Source: an uncultured Verrucomicrobiae bacterium
GTDB lineage: Bacteria; Verrucomicrobiota; Verrucomicrobiia; Chthoniobacterales; JAATET01
Assembly: GCA_963719495.1 (NCBI GenBank)
Contig: CAVRCI010000001.1
Location: 1-64,000, forward strand
Reading direction: 5' to 3'
Length of the DNA stretch: 64,000 nucleotides
Shown piece by piece: positions 27,583 to 37,592 of the stretch (within the stretch, counting starts at the first letter, position 1; each line of letters opens with the position of its first letter). Under the pieces are notes generated by a model, which worked only from the letters and a program-made list of their open reading frames with translations, did no database searches and was not told the origin of the DNA. The position numbers were made by a program, and so were the translations under genes.

Positions 27583-28860
27583 CTACTCGGATCCCAAGCG
27601 GTAAGCTCGGGCAACTTCAGCGGCCATCACGCGAAGCCCCTCCCGCACCACGTCATCCGCTATCGCGAAGCTCACCCTGATGCATTCCGCCGCGTGCCGC
27701 TCCGCCTCCGGGGATCCGCCGAAGGCAAAGTAGTGCCCCGGCACCACCAGCACGCCCCGCGCCTTCAACCGCTCGTAAAGCTCCGCCGCCGGGATCGGTA
27801 ACCCGCGAAACCACAGCCACAAGAACAACGCCCCTTCGCTGGCGTGAACGTGATAGTCCAGCGAGTCATCGAAGAATTCCGCCACCCACTCCCGGGCCAG
27901 CCGCGCCTTCCGCTCGTAGAAAGGGCAAATCATCGTCCCGACCATCCGGTCGATCTCGCCCGACTCGATCAACGGCGTCACAACGGCCTGCCCCACGTTC
28001 CCGTGCGCCAGCCCGACCACCGCCGTCATCGAAGCCAGCGCCCGCACGATCTCCGGTCGCGCCACCACGATCCCGGTGCGCGTCCCCGGCAGACCCAGCT
28101 TCGACAGGCTGAGCGTGAGCACGATGTTTTCGTTCCAGATCGGCACGATCTCGCGAAACACGATCCCCGGGAACGGCACCCCGTAGGCATTGTCGATAAT
28201 GAGAGGCACCTCCGCCGCCCGCGCCAGCTCGTCGAGCCGCGCCACCTCGCCGTCGGTGAGGACGTTCCCCGAAGGATTTGTCGGCCGCGACACGCAGATC
28301 GCACCAACGTCATCACCGACCTCCAGATTCTCGAAATCCACCCGATACTTGAACTCGTGACCGCCCAGCTCCTCGATCACCGGAGGCGTCCCGCGAAAAA
28401 ACTCCGCGCCCAGTCCCTGATTCGCATACCCAATGTATTCCGGCACCACCGGCAGCAGCACCCTCCGGGACGAACCGTCCGGCATCGGACCAGCCAGCAG
28501 ATTGAAGAGATAGAAGAACGCCGCCTGCCCCCCCGCCGTCACCGCCACGTTCTCCGGCCCCACGTCCCACCCGTATTTCCGGCGCAAATACCCCGCCACC
28601 GCCACCGCGAACCGCGTATTTCCCTTCGGCGGATCGTAGACCGTCAGCATCCGATCGAACGCATCGCCATCCGCCAGTAACTCACCCATCCGCGCCCGCC
28701 ACACCGCTTGGACCTCCGGGATCATCGCCGGATTCCCACCCCCCAGCATCCGCATCGGCCCCACGTGTTCCCCCGCCATCGCCCGCCCGAGATCCTCCAT
28801 CAAATCCTCGATCCCACTCCGCGCCGTGAGCGCCTCCCCAAACAACGACTTCTCGAACAC
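27583..28860 (-). CDS. avtA: Valine--pyruvate aminotransferase
   Basis: SGIEDLMEDLG, LGGGNPA, PEYIGY, SRPTNPSGNV, IDNAYG, SLSKLGLPG. Confidence 0.92.
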   Translation of the reverse strand: MFEKSLFGEALTARSGIEDLMEDLGRAMAGEHVGPMRMLGGGNPAMIPEVQAVWRARMGELLADGDAFDRMLTVYDPPKGNTRFAVAVAGYLRRKYGWDVGPENVAVTAGGQAAFFYLFNLLAGPMPDGSSRRVLLPVVPEYIGYANQGLGAEFFRGTPPVIEELGGHEFKYRVDFENLEVGDDVGAICVSRPTNPSGNVLTDGEVARLDELARAAEVPLIIDNAYGVPFPGIVFREIVPIWNENIVLTLSLSKLGLPGTRTGIVVARPEIVRALASMTAVVGLAHGNVGQAVVTPLIESGEIDRMVGTMICPFYERKARLAREWVAEFFDDSLDYHVHASEGALFLWLWFRGLPIPAAELYERLKARGVLVVPGHYFAFGGSPEAERHAAECIRVSFAIADDVVREGLRVMAAEVARAYRLGSE

Positions 28861-28870
28861 CGCGTAATCC

Positions 28871-29022
28871 TAGACAGCATTTACAGGATTGGAACTCCCT
28901 GAATGACAAGGAAACCGCGAATGAACGCCAATGAACGCGAATAGGAAATCCATTCGCGTCCATTCGTGTCCATTCGCGGTTCCCCGAATCAAAATCCTGA
29001 AAATCCCGTCAATCCTGTCTAA
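28871..29022. repeat. Nested inverted repeats built from short tandem units
   Basis: Outer tagacagc...caggatt / aatcctg...ctgtcta; inner aaccgcgaatgaacgccaatgaacgcgaat / attcgcgtccattcgtgtccattcgcggtt. Confidence 0.75.
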
Positions 29023-29031
29023 ACTTCCCCC

Positions 29032-30141
29032 GTGACCTTCTCCGCCACCATCGAGTCCGCCCGCAACTCCCCGTTCGCGAAGCAATTCCGCCGCCGCCTC
29101 GACCCAGTCTCCGACTCGCGCCTCGACGCCCTGGCCGCCCGATCCGCCGCCATCACCCGCCGCTTCTTCGGCCGCACGATGCGCCTCTTCGCTCCGCTCT
29201 ACCTCTCGAACGAGTGCATCAACTCCTGCGCCTACTGCGGCTTCTCCCGCGAGAACGCCATCCTCCGCGTCACCCTCGACATCGAAGAAACCCTCGCCGA
29301 AACCCGCCATCTCGCCGACCAAGGCTTCCGCAACCTCCTCCTCGTCGCCGGCGAACACCCGAAATTCGTCTCCAACGGCTACCTCGAAACCACCATCCGC
29401 CGCCTCGCCCCCATCATCCCCGGCATCTCCCTCGAAGTCGCCCCGATGGAAACCGCCGACTACCTCCCGCTCGTCGCCGCTGGCTGCGAAGGCCTCGTCG
29501 TCTACCAGGAATCCTACGACCGCCCGGCCTACGCCGCCTACCACACCGCCGGCCCCAAGAAAGACTTCGACTGGCGGCTCGACTGCCCCGAGCGAGGCCA
29601 CGCCGCCGGCTTCCGCCGCCTGGGCATCGGCGTCCTCTTCGGCCTCGCCGACTGGCGCGACGAAGCCACCGCCCTCGCCTGCCACCTCGACCACCTCCAG
29701 CGCACCTGCTGGACCTCCCAACTCACCGTCAGCCTCCCCCGCCTCAAGCCCGCCGCCGGCGACTTCGAGCCCGCGCACGTCATCACCGACCGCGAGTTCA
29801 TCCAGCTTCACTGCGCCCTCCGCCTCACCTTCCCCCACGTCGGCATCGTCCTCAGCACCCGCGAACCCGCCCCCCTCCGCGACGTCCTGGCACCCCTCGG
29901 AGTCACCATGATGTCCGCCGGCTCCCACACCGAACCCGGCGGCTACACCGGCCAGGGGACGGAAAAACTCCACACCACCGTCCGCGGCCGAAAGATCGAA
30001 TCAACCACCACCGCCGACCGGGCCACCGAGCAATTCGCCATCTCGGACGACCGCACCCCAGCCGAAGTCGCCCAAAAACTCCGCGCCCTCAACCTAGACC
30101 CAGTCTGGAAAGACTGGGACCCCGCCATCCTGGCGGGATGA
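29032..30141 (+). CDS. thiH: 2-iminoacetate synthase (radical SAM)
   Basis: FAPLYLSNECINSCAYCGF, YQESY, SLPRL, STRE, SAGSHTEPGGY, QFAISDDR. Confidence 0.93.
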   Translation: MTFSATIESARNSPFAKQFRRRLDPVSDSRLDALAARSAAITRRFFGRTMRLFAPLYLSNECINSCAYCGFSRENAILRVTLDIEETLAETRHLADQGFRNLLLVAGEHPKFVSNGYLETTIRRLAPIIPGISLEVAPMETADYLPLVAAGCEGLVVYQESYDRPAYAAYHTAGPKKDFDWRLDCPERGHAAGFRRLGIGVLFGLADWRDEATALACHLDHLQRTCWTSQLTVSLPRLKPAAGDFEPAHVITDREFIQLHCALRLTFPHVGIVLSTREPAPLRDVLAPLGVTMMSAGSHTEPGGYTGQGTEKLHTTVRGRKIESTTTADRATEQFAISDDRTPAEVAQKLRALNLDPVWKDWDPAILAG

Positions 30142-30144
30142 CTC

Positions 30145-30175
30145 TCAAGGAGCGGCGATTTGCAATCGCCGAACC
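30145..30175. repeat. REP-like palindrome
   Basis: tcaaggagcggcgatttgcaatcgccgaacc, identical copy at 45213-45243. Confidence 0.85.
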
Positions 30176-30286
30176 AACCCAAAGGGGAAGCCTCACCTCC
30201 TCTCAAAGAACGGCGCTTACAGCCGCCGCACCAACCAAAATCCGCAAAGCAGATCACACCCCTCACCTCACCACACCGCACCCCGG

Positions 30287-30946
30287 TCACCACCCCAAAG
30301 CCTCGCTCTTCGCCCGGTAAATCAGTCCAATCAGCCGCCCCTGCGCCATCATCGAATAAAGCGCCACCACCGCCGCCACGAACCACCCCACGTAAGGCAC
30401 CCGCCCCCCAAACTCCTCGACCACCGCGCAGGCCACCACCGCCACGACCAGCCCGGTCACCACCACCAGATATCCCGGCAGACACCGAAAGATGGCCGGA
30501 AGCACCACGTGCGGTAGCGCCCCCACCAGATTTCCCGCCGCCACGGACCCCAGCACCGCCATCGGAAAATAAAAACAGCCGAACGCCACCGCCCCGCCGA
30601 AAGCCCACCAGAATTCGTCCGTCTCCGGCTCCATCAGAAAAAACACCGCCGCCGCCGCCGCGAACGACACGATCACCAACCCCAGCAGCCGGACGAAAGG
30701 CGCGACGATGTCATCCATGAAATCCGTAAACGACGGCCAATCCGGCATCCGGTCGTTCCCCGTCATCGTCGATCCGACGATATCCAGATAGAACCCACCA
30801 AAGTATCCCGCCGAAAAGAGCGCCACCGCCAACCCCAGCACCGGCACGATCGTCGCCACGTCGAGCAGCACCGCCATCACCGCCCCGGTCAATATCATCG
30901 CCCACCCGCCATTCCGCGTGGGATAACCAAAAGCGTCCGTAAACAT
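30287..30946 (-). CDS. Membrane protein (DUF4013-like)
   Basis: MFTDAFGYP N-terminus, MPDWP motif, several TM helices. Confidence 0.7.
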   Translation of the reverse strand: MFTDAFGYPTRNGGWAMILTGAVMAVLLDVATIVPVLGLAVALFSAGYFGGFYLDIVGSTMTGNDRMPDWPSFTDFMDDIVAPFVRLLGLVIVSFAAAAAVFFLMEPETDEFWWAFGGAVAFGCFYFPMAVLGSVAAGNLVGALPHVVLPAIFRCLPGYLVVVTGLVVAVVACAVVEEFGGRVPYVGWFVAAVVALYSMMAQGRLIGLIYRAKSEALGW

Positions 30947-31054
30947 AGCCGCCGAATAACCCGTTACCCCCCAAAAAGTCAATCCCCACCACCCCGCGAA
31001 GCGGCAATCCATTTCAAATTCAGCATTTCAAATTTCTAATTCCGTATTTCCACG

Positions 31055-31909
31055 ATGAAGCGCATCCGCATCACCCACCTCACCGAATACCACTACGCCC
31101 AACCCGTCACCTTCGGCCCGCACCGCATCCTCGTGCGCCCCCGCGAAGGCCACGACGTCCACATCGAAAGCTCGAAATTCCGCATCTCCCCCGAGGCCAA
31201 CGTCCGCTGGCTCCGCGACATGGTCGGCAATTCCATCGCCAACGTCACCTTCTCCGCCCCGTCCCACGTCCTCAGCATCTACAGCGAAGTCGTCGTCGCC
31301 AACTACCAGGAAAACCCCCTCGATTTCGTCATCGACCCGTCCGCCATTTCCTACCCCTTCCGCTACGCCATGGACGAGCAGCCCGAGCTCATCCCCTACC
31401 GCCTCTCGGCCTACCCGAACGAAGGCGCCGAACTCCAGGACTGGCTCGGCCAGTTCTACCAACCCGGCCAGCTCGTCGGCACCTTCGACCTCCTCTCCAA
31501 CCTCAATCAAGGCATCCATCGCCGCTTCACCTACCGCAAGCGCGAAGAACCCGGCGTCCAATCCCCCGCTCAGACCCTCGGGCTCGGCACCGGATCCTGC
31601 CGCGACTTCGCCGCCCTCATGATGGAAGCCGCCCGCACCTGGGGTTTCGGAGCCCGCTTCGTCAGCGGTTACCTCGAGACCCCCACCAACGACCAGCACG
31701 GAGCCACCCACGCCTGGACGGAAATCTACATCCCCGGAGCCGGCTGGCGCGGATTCGACCCCACCAACAACACCTTCGCCGGTTCCCAACACGTCTCGGT
31801 CGCCGTCTCCCGCGACCCCGAAAAAGCCGCCCCCGTAGCCGGCACCTGGACCGGCCCCAACGGCTCAGCCCTAAAAATGAACGTCGAGGTAGTCGTCGTC
31901 CAAATTTGA
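31055..31909 (+). CDS. Transglutaminase-family protein
   Basis: IRITHLTEYHY, GSCRDFA, ARFVSGY, THAWTE, FDPTN. Confidence 0.92.
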   Translation: MKRIRITHLTEYHYAQPVTFGPHRILVRPREGHDVHIESSKFRISPEANVRWLRDMVGNSIANVTFSAPSHVLSIYSEVVVANYQENPLDFVIDPSAISYPFRYAMDEQPELIPYRLSAYPNEGAELQDWLGQFYQPGQLVGTFDLLSNLNQGIHRRFTYRKREEPGVQSPAQTLGLGTGSCRDFAALMMEAARTWGFGARFVSGYLETPTNDQHGATHAWTEIYIPGAGWRGFDPTNNTFAGSQHVSVAVSRDPEKAAPVAGTWTGPNGSALKMNVEVVVVQI

Positions 31910-32019
31910 AGCCGGCGGGGGAGCGCACGCGTCCCCGCGTGCGGGATGCGGCGTCCCGCCGCATCAAACCCGGCAATTCGAGCGAAGCGAGAGAGCCGGC
32001 TGCATCCCACCAATCACCA

Positions 32020-32177
32020 TTGACTCGCTCGCTCCCGCTCGTCTCGCCCTTCGGGCTACACCGCAAAGCCGGTGTAGTCTGCCCCGAGAGTTGACTCGGT
32101 CGCTCCCGCTCCTCTCGCCCTCCGGGCTACACCGCAGAGCCGGTGTAGTCTGCCCCGAGCCTTCCCAGGCTCCGGTG
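32020..32177. repeat. Variant tandem pair of the ttgactcg structured repeat
   Basis: Units start at 32020 and 32091; stems differ in sequence from other copies but remain paired. Confidence 0.85.
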
Positions 32178-32219
32178 CTCACCAATCACCAATCACCAAT
32201 CACCAATCACGCAACAAAA

Positions 32220-33308
32220 CTACCGCCCCCGCCCCCCCATGATCGAAAACGAATAGTCCACCTCGATCCGCCGCCCCTGCAACTCCCCCACGATCTCCTC
32301 CGGGATCGGCGGAATGTCCGCCGCCATCACCGCCCGCACCGAGCAGCTCGCCAGACTCTCGTTCGAAGTATTCGAAAGCACCCGCACACCCTCGACTTTC
32401 CCATCCGCCCGAATCGTGAAGCTCAGTTTCACCGCGCCGATGTTCACGAGGTCGATCATGTCATTCACGTAGTAATACCAGCGCGACCCGATCGCATCCT
32501 GCATCTGCTTTTTGTAGCGGCCCAGCGGCGTCGCCATCGCCTCGATCGACGACTGACTCCCCCGGTTGGAAATCCCCCCCGTCAACCGCGTCGTCCGAGT
32601 CTCCGGCTGAAACCCCGGAGGTCGCGGCGGCGAAGCTGGGCGCGGAGTCTCGGGCCGCCGCACCTCGACCTCCGGCTTCGGCGCTGGTTTCCGCAAAGTC
32701 GGATCCAAGAAGGCCAGCTCAGCCGGCTCCGGCGGCGGAGTCGGCGAAGGCTCCGGCGTCCCCTCGGGTCTTTCCTCCGGCGTCGGCTCCGGCTCCTCGG
32801 CGTCCTCCGGCTCGTCCACCGGCGGCCTTTCCTCCGAAGGCTCCGCGGTTTGCTCCGGCACCGCCTCCTCCGGCTGCGATAACGGCGACGCCTGCGAAGG
32901 CGGCGCGATCGGTCCCAACGCCATCTCGAGATTCCGGATCGCCGAAGCCTCCTCCTCCCCGTCCGTCGCCGGGGCCTCCGTGTCGTCCGTCGGCTCCGCC
33001 TGGCTCACCGCCTTCGTGTTCTCGTCCGACTCGAACTTCGCGTCCTCGGGCACCTCCTCCGTGACCTCACCCTGCGCACTGTCGACGAACCCACGCTCCT
33101 CCGGCGTCGGCTCAGGCTCCGGCGGCAGGATCGTCAGAGTGACCGGCTCGTCAATCTCCGGCTCCGGCGCAAAGATCGAAGCCGCGTTCGTCCAAAGCAG
33201 CACCAAGACCACGAAAAGCAGCAGCAGATGAATCGCCACCGAGACGACGATAGCGATGACCGTCCGGCGGCGTTCCTCCTGGCGAACGCTGCGGGTCGTC
33301 TCGATCAT
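32220..33308 (-). CDS. TonB/TolA-family protein
   Basis: N-terminal TM with SVAIH, Pro/Glu-rich linker, TonB C-terminal-like domain. Confidence 0.8.
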   Translation of the reverse strand: MIETTRSVRQEERRRTVIAIVVSVAIHLLLLFVVLVLLWTNAASIFAPEPEIDEPVTLTILPPEPEPTPEERGFVDSAQGEVTEEVPEDAKFESDENTKAVSQAEPTDDTEAPATDGEEEASAIRNLEMALGPIAPPSQASPLSQPEEAVPEQTAEPSEERPPVDEPEDAEEPEPTPEERPEGTPEPSPTPPPEPAELAFLDPTLRKPAPKPEVEVRRPETPRPASPPRPPGFQPETRTTRLTGGISNRGSQSSIEAMATPLGRYKKQMQDAIGSRWYYYVNDMIDLVNIGAVKLSFTIRADGKVEGVRVLSNTSNESLASCSVRAVMAADIPPIPEEIVGELQGRRIEVDYSFSIMGGRGR

Positions 33309-34135
33309 GCCGCCGGAAGCGTCCCCGAAATGCGGGCGTGGTGAAAGAGATATTGCTGAACGTAACCGGCATACGGCCCCAGCCGCTCCCGGCAGAATTC
33401 TTCAAGATCCCGCGGCTTCACCGCCCGACCGTGCATCGCCTGGAGAACCCGCGCGATCCAAACGTCGATCGGCACCGCCTCCAACCGCTCATACCCAAAA
33501 AGCATCACGCAATTCGCCACCTTCACCCCCACCCCCGGCAACCCGCACAACACCGCCAGCAATTCCGCCGACTCCAACCCACCCATCGCCTCCAGATCCA
33601 CCACCCCCTCGTCCACCATCCGCGCCGTCGCCAGCAACGTCTTCGCCCGGTAACCCAGTCCGCACGCCCGCAAATCATCCTCCGACAAACCCGCGATCCG
33701 CGACGCTCCCGGATAAGCCGCCACCGCCGACCCGCTCACCCGCTCGCCGAAGCGCTCCCGCAGCAACAGCGACATCGCCCGGATGTGACCCACCCGCTTC
33801 ATCGAACTCGTGATGAACGTCGCCAGACACTCCCACCGAGGCTGACGCAACACCCGGATCCCCCGGCAGGCCGCCACCGAAGCCACGGTAAAATCATCCC
33901 CCGGAAACGTCGCAAAAATCTCATCCAGCCGGTGGTCCAACGAAAAATATCGCCGCACCACCTCCTCGCGACCCGCCGTCACCCGCAATCGCCCATCCAC
34001 CTGCTCCGCGTAAACCAACGTTCGATCCACCAGACCCTCCCAGCCCACCCCCCGCCGCGACCAATGAAAAACCTGCCCGCTCTCCAGCGACAAATCCAAG
34101 CGGAACTCCGAAGCCTCCAGCTCGTCCCGCCTCAT
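33305..34135 (-). CDS. 8-oxoguanine DNA glycosylase (OGG1-like HhH-GPD)
   Basis: SLESGQVFHW, GLGYRAK, LPGVGVKVANCVMLF, VPIDVW, GYVQQYLF; ATG overlaps the rex stop. Confidence 0.88.
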   Translation of the reverse strand: MRRDELEASEFRLDLSLESGQVFHWSRRGVGWEGLVDRTLVYAEQVDGRLRVTAGREEVVRRYFSLDHRLDEIFATFPGDDFTVASVAACRGIRVLRQPRWECLATFITSSMKRVGHIRAMSLLLRERFGERVSGSAVAAYPGASRIAGLSEDDLRACGLGYRAKTLLATARMVDEGVVDLEAMGGLESAELLAVLCGLPGVGVKVANCVMLFGYERLEAVPIDVWIARVLQAMHGRAVKPRDLEEFCRERLGPYAGYVQQYLFHHARISGTLPAA

Positions 34136-34749
34136 TGAATGAAGTAACTCAGACTCTCCAACTCGATGGCCAGATTCACGTTGTTCACCATCACGTGCGG
34201 CGGCACCTGGAGCACGATCGGCGCAAAATTCAGCACCGCCTGAATCCCCGCCGCCACCAAAGTATTCGCGATCTCCTGCGCCACCGTCCCCGGAACGCAC
34301 AGGATCGCCATCTTGATCGAATTCTCCCCCACGAATCCAGCCAGCCGCCCGATCGGATAAATCGGCACCCGAATATCCTCCGACCGCTTCCGCGGAGCCG
34401 CGTCGAAAGCCGCCGCGATCTCGAAACCCTCCCGCCCGAAACCCTCCTGATACCGCAGCAGCGCCGACCCCAAATTCCCCGCCCCCACCAGAATCGTCGG
34501 CTGCAGCCGGGCCCGCCCCAGCACCTCGCCCAGCCGATCGCCCAAAGTCTGCACGTCGTAACCCAGCCCCCGTTTTCCAAACTGTCCACAATGCGTGAGA
34601 TCCTTCCGCAACTGCGTCGGCTTCACCCCCGCCACCTTCGCCAGCGATTCCGAAGACACCGTCCGCCCCGGCTCACCCGCCATCCGCTCCAAACACCGCT
34701 TGTAAAGCGACAGCCGATACACCGTCTTCCGTGGAATCGCCTCCTTCAT
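34132..34749 (-). CDS. rex: Redox-sensing transcriptional repressor Rex
   Basis: RLSLYKRCL, VSSESLA, QLRKDL, GKRGLGY, VGAGNLGSAL, LNFAP. Confidence 0.93.
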   Translation of the reverse strand: MKEAIPRKTVYRLSLYKRCLERMAGEPGRTVSSESLAKVAGVKPTQLRKDLTHCGQFGKRGLGYDVQTLGDRLGEVLGRARLQPTILVGAGNLGSALLRYQEGFGREGFEIAAAFDAAPRKRSEDIRVPIYPIGRLAGFVGENSIKMAILCVPGTVAQEIANTLVAAGIQAVLNFAPIVLQVPPHVMVNNVNLAIELESLSYFIQ

Positions 34750-34977
34750 TTCCAAGTGAAAAAGAACAATCCTCCACCCTTTTGTCAACCAACCCAAACC
34801 GAAGCTCAAACCCTCCCCCGCCGAAGACACCCCACCCTCGGAGGGCGAGGCTCCCGCCGAGCCGTTGCAAAATCTCAAGGCTCGCAATCAACCAAGCGCA
34901 ACCTACGCACGTTCAGTGTCCGTCACCCAGACCCTCACCCCCACCATTCACTATTCACCATTCACTATTCACCAAAC

Positions 34978-35775
34978 TCACCCACCCCCGGCCAAAAACG
35001 CCGAAACCGGACTCGTCGCACTGGCGAATTCCCCGCGCATCGGCAATCCCGCCCGCACCGCCGCCCGAGCAGCCTCCACCGTCATCCGAAAAGCCCCCGC
35101 CATCGCCACCGCGTCCTCGGCCGCCGCGATCGCCGTATTCACGAGCACCGCGTCGGCTCCCATTTCGATCGCCTCCGCCGCGTGGCTCGGCGCGCCGATC
35201 CCCGCGTCCACGATCACCGGCACCGTCGCCTGCTTGATGATGATCTCGATCTGACCCCGGGTCTCGATCCCCCGATTGCTGCCAATGGGCGACCCCAGCG
35301 GCATCACCGTCGCCACGCCGACATCCTGCAGCCGCTTCGCCAGCACCGGATCCGCGTTGATGTATGGCAGCACCACGAACCCCTCCTTCACCAACACCTC
35401 CGCCGCCCGCAGCGTTTCCACCGGATCCGGCAGCAGATAATGAGGGTCGGGGTGAATCTCCAGCTTCACCCAATTCGGCATCCCGGCCGCCACCGCCAAA
35501 CGCGCCAGCCGCACCGCCTCGTCCGCGTTCATCGCCCCACTCGTGTTCGGCAGCAGCAGATACTTCTCCGAATCAACGAAATCCAAAATATTGGCAAACG
35601 CATCCCCCGCCCCCGCCAAATCCGCCCGCCGCAGAGCCACCGTCACGATCTCCGCGCCACTCGCAGCGAGGGAGTCCCGCATCCGCTCGTTCGAAGAAAA
35701 CTTCCCCGTCCCCACCAACAACCGCGAACCAAACGACCGCCCCGCAATCACAAGCGGATCAACAAACTCTGCCAT
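34978..35775 (-). CDS. thiG: Thiazole synthase
   Basis: [48 protein letters not shown]. Confidence 0.95.
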   Translation of the reverse strand: MAEFVDPLVIAGRSFGSRLLVGTGKFSSNERMRDSLAASGAEIVTVALRRADLAGAGDAFANILDFVDSEKYLLLPNTSGAMNADEAVRLARLAVAAGMPNWVKLEIHPDPHYLLPDPVETLRAAEVLVKEGFVVLPYINADPVLAKRLQDVGVATVMPLGSPIGSNRGIETRGQIEIIIKQATVPVIVDAGIGAPSHAAEAIEMGADAVLVNTAIAAAEDAVAMAGAFRMTVEAARAAVRAGLPMRGEFASATSPVSAFLAGGG

Positions 35776-35880
35776 CTCCCACAACTACCGTCCCTGCCAC
35801 CCGCCGCGCAAGACTCGCACCCAGCTCCGACCTTGAAAGACCCCGCCTGCCAGTCTACCTTCCCGCCATCACAACCAAAC

Positions 35881-35956
35881 GCGCCCGTAGCTCAGGGGAT
35901 AGAGCACCGGACTTCTAATCCGATGGTCGGTGGTTCGAATCCACCCGGGCGTGCCA
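35881..35956 (+). tRNA. tRNA-Arg (anticodon UCU)
   Basis: gcgcccg acceptor stem, D-arm gctcaggggatagagc, anticodon loop ctTCTaa, ggttcgaatcc T-arm, encoded CCA. Confidence 0.95.
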
Positions 35957-35988
35957 GTCTTAACCGATGTCGGAACATCGGTGGAGAG

Positions 35989-36590
35989 CCGGAGAAGAAG
36001 TGGGGCCGCTCATCGAGCCGCCCCTACCCATGCAGGTAGAAACCCACCGCCGATGGGTCGGTCACCTTCCGCGTCCAAGGTCGGGCAGCCGCGCCGCCGC
36101 GTGCCCGTTTCGGTTATGGGCGTCGATCGAAAACGAACATCGACCAATATGCTCAGACCAGTGTGCCCGAACAGGCCGTCGAGAAGACCGCCAGTCCAAC
36201 GAGAAAGCGACGGAACCCGGGGAACCCGGGGCCCGGCTCCCCTAACCATTCTCAACGACGGCGCTGCCGCGCCGAGCGCGAGCACGTTCAGGTAGAGTCG
36301 GGCGCTGGGTAGTTCGACCATCACCGGAGAAGAAGTGGGCCCACTTCATCGAGCCGCCCCTCCCCATTTGGGTGGGAACGCTTCGCCAATAGGTTCGGTC
36401 ACCCTCCCGGCACCGAGAGCACGAGCCTCGTCCAAGGTAGGGCAGCCGCGCCGCCGGGTGCCCATTTCGGTTATGGGCGTCGATCGAAAACGAACATCGA
36501 CCAATATGCTCAGACCAGTGTGCCCGACCAGGCCGTCGAGAAGACCGCCAGTCCAACGAGAAAGCGACGGCACCCGGGGCCCGGCTGCCC
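35989..36590 (+). ncRNA. Two tandem ~250-nt non-coding units (possible IS110-type non-coding end / bridge-RNA-like locus)
   Basis: Copies at 35989-36240 and 36324-36590; shared 142-nt block (36072-36213 vs 36429-36570) with 4 mismatches; divergent segment between conserved flanks; no credible ORF. Confidence 0.45.
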
Positions 36591-36636
36591 GCTCCTTGTT
36601 GACAACTAAAACTTGAACGATACATCACTCAAGCGC

Positions 36637-37512
36637 CTACGGGCTTCCATCTATAGCAACAACATCCTCGCGGTAATACAGGGCCCAAATAGTATAATTT
36701 AAGTAAGGTGAATTCGGAAACCCAGATGCTTGCGATAGCTTTGAATAGGCTGAGTTGTAAAGGCTATCCCTTAACGCAGAAAGACGCGCACGCCGCCGCG
36801 GCCCGTTAGTAATCCTATCAGCATCCTCAACGCGATACCAATCAGCATGCTGAGAGTTATGTGTTCCATAGAGGTTCCAAAGATTTAGGAGGTCATAGGA
36901 CGAGAGATCAGCAGGAAAATCTCGGCCTCGAGAATTCATCATCGACACAACCTGAACGCCACACCAATCCGGGTGATACAACCCCAGAGCATGACCTATC
37001 TCATGCAAAACGGTTCGGTAAGTATACCCGAAATCAGCTTCCCACGAAGTAGGAGCTTCGTTGTCTTCGTTAGCAGCTGTAGCGATATTCGGATTAAGCT
37101 GCACACGGAAACGTTTCACATAGTGATTACTAACCCACCAGTCTTTGCCCTGATAGGAATTGCCATATAGGCCGAAGCTATGATGTGCACACTGGGCGAG
37201 AGAAGTCGGCAGATCAGGAACTGCGAATTCGATTCCCCCATTACATGGCGTGATATTCGAATTTGAACTTCCAAATGGTATTTTCTGCAGAATCACATAG
37301 ATACCAGCCTGAGAAAAAGCGGCATTCCATCGATCAACCGCGGCAGTCGCCGCTTGGGTGGTTACTGGGTAGATAGCAGGATCGAATTCGAATCGAACAT
37401 GAGTCACGCCAGGAGGTAGAAATAATCCGCCGAACGGGACAGTTGCTCCCATCATTCCGAAGGTTGGAACTGTAATTACCGCGGCGGCTAAAAGAGTCTT
37501 AAAAATTGTCAT
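36637..37512 (-). CDS. Secreted zinc metalloprotease (metzincin)
   Basis: Signal peptide, HEIGHALGLYH plus SMM Met-turn; visibly AT-rich relative to neighbours. Confidence 0.8.
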   Translation of the reverse strand: MTIFKTLLAAAVITVPTFGMMGATVPFGGLFLPPGVTHVRFEFDPAIYPVTTQAATAAVDRWNAAFSQAGIYVILQKIPFGSSNSNITPCNGGIEFAVPDLPTSLAQCAHHSFGLYGNSYQGKDWWVSNHYVKRFRVQLNPNIATAANEDNEAPTSWEADFGYTYRTVLHEIGHALGLYHPDWCGVQVVSMMNSRGRDFPADLSSYDLLNLWNLYGTHNSQHADWYRVEDADRITNGPRRRARLSALRDSLYNSAYSKLSQASGFPNSPYLNYTIWALYYREDVVAIDGSP

Positions 37513-37592
37513 AAGAAAAAAGAAATGGGGTGGACAACGGTCTTACCGAAGGCCACCCCAACTTGAAACGCGTTGTAATTTATCCGCAAGCC

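Noticed and set aside
35776..35880. TPP riboswitch upstream of thiG (also checked upstream of thiH)
   Set aside because: No CTGAGA...ACCTG core found in the correct orientation.
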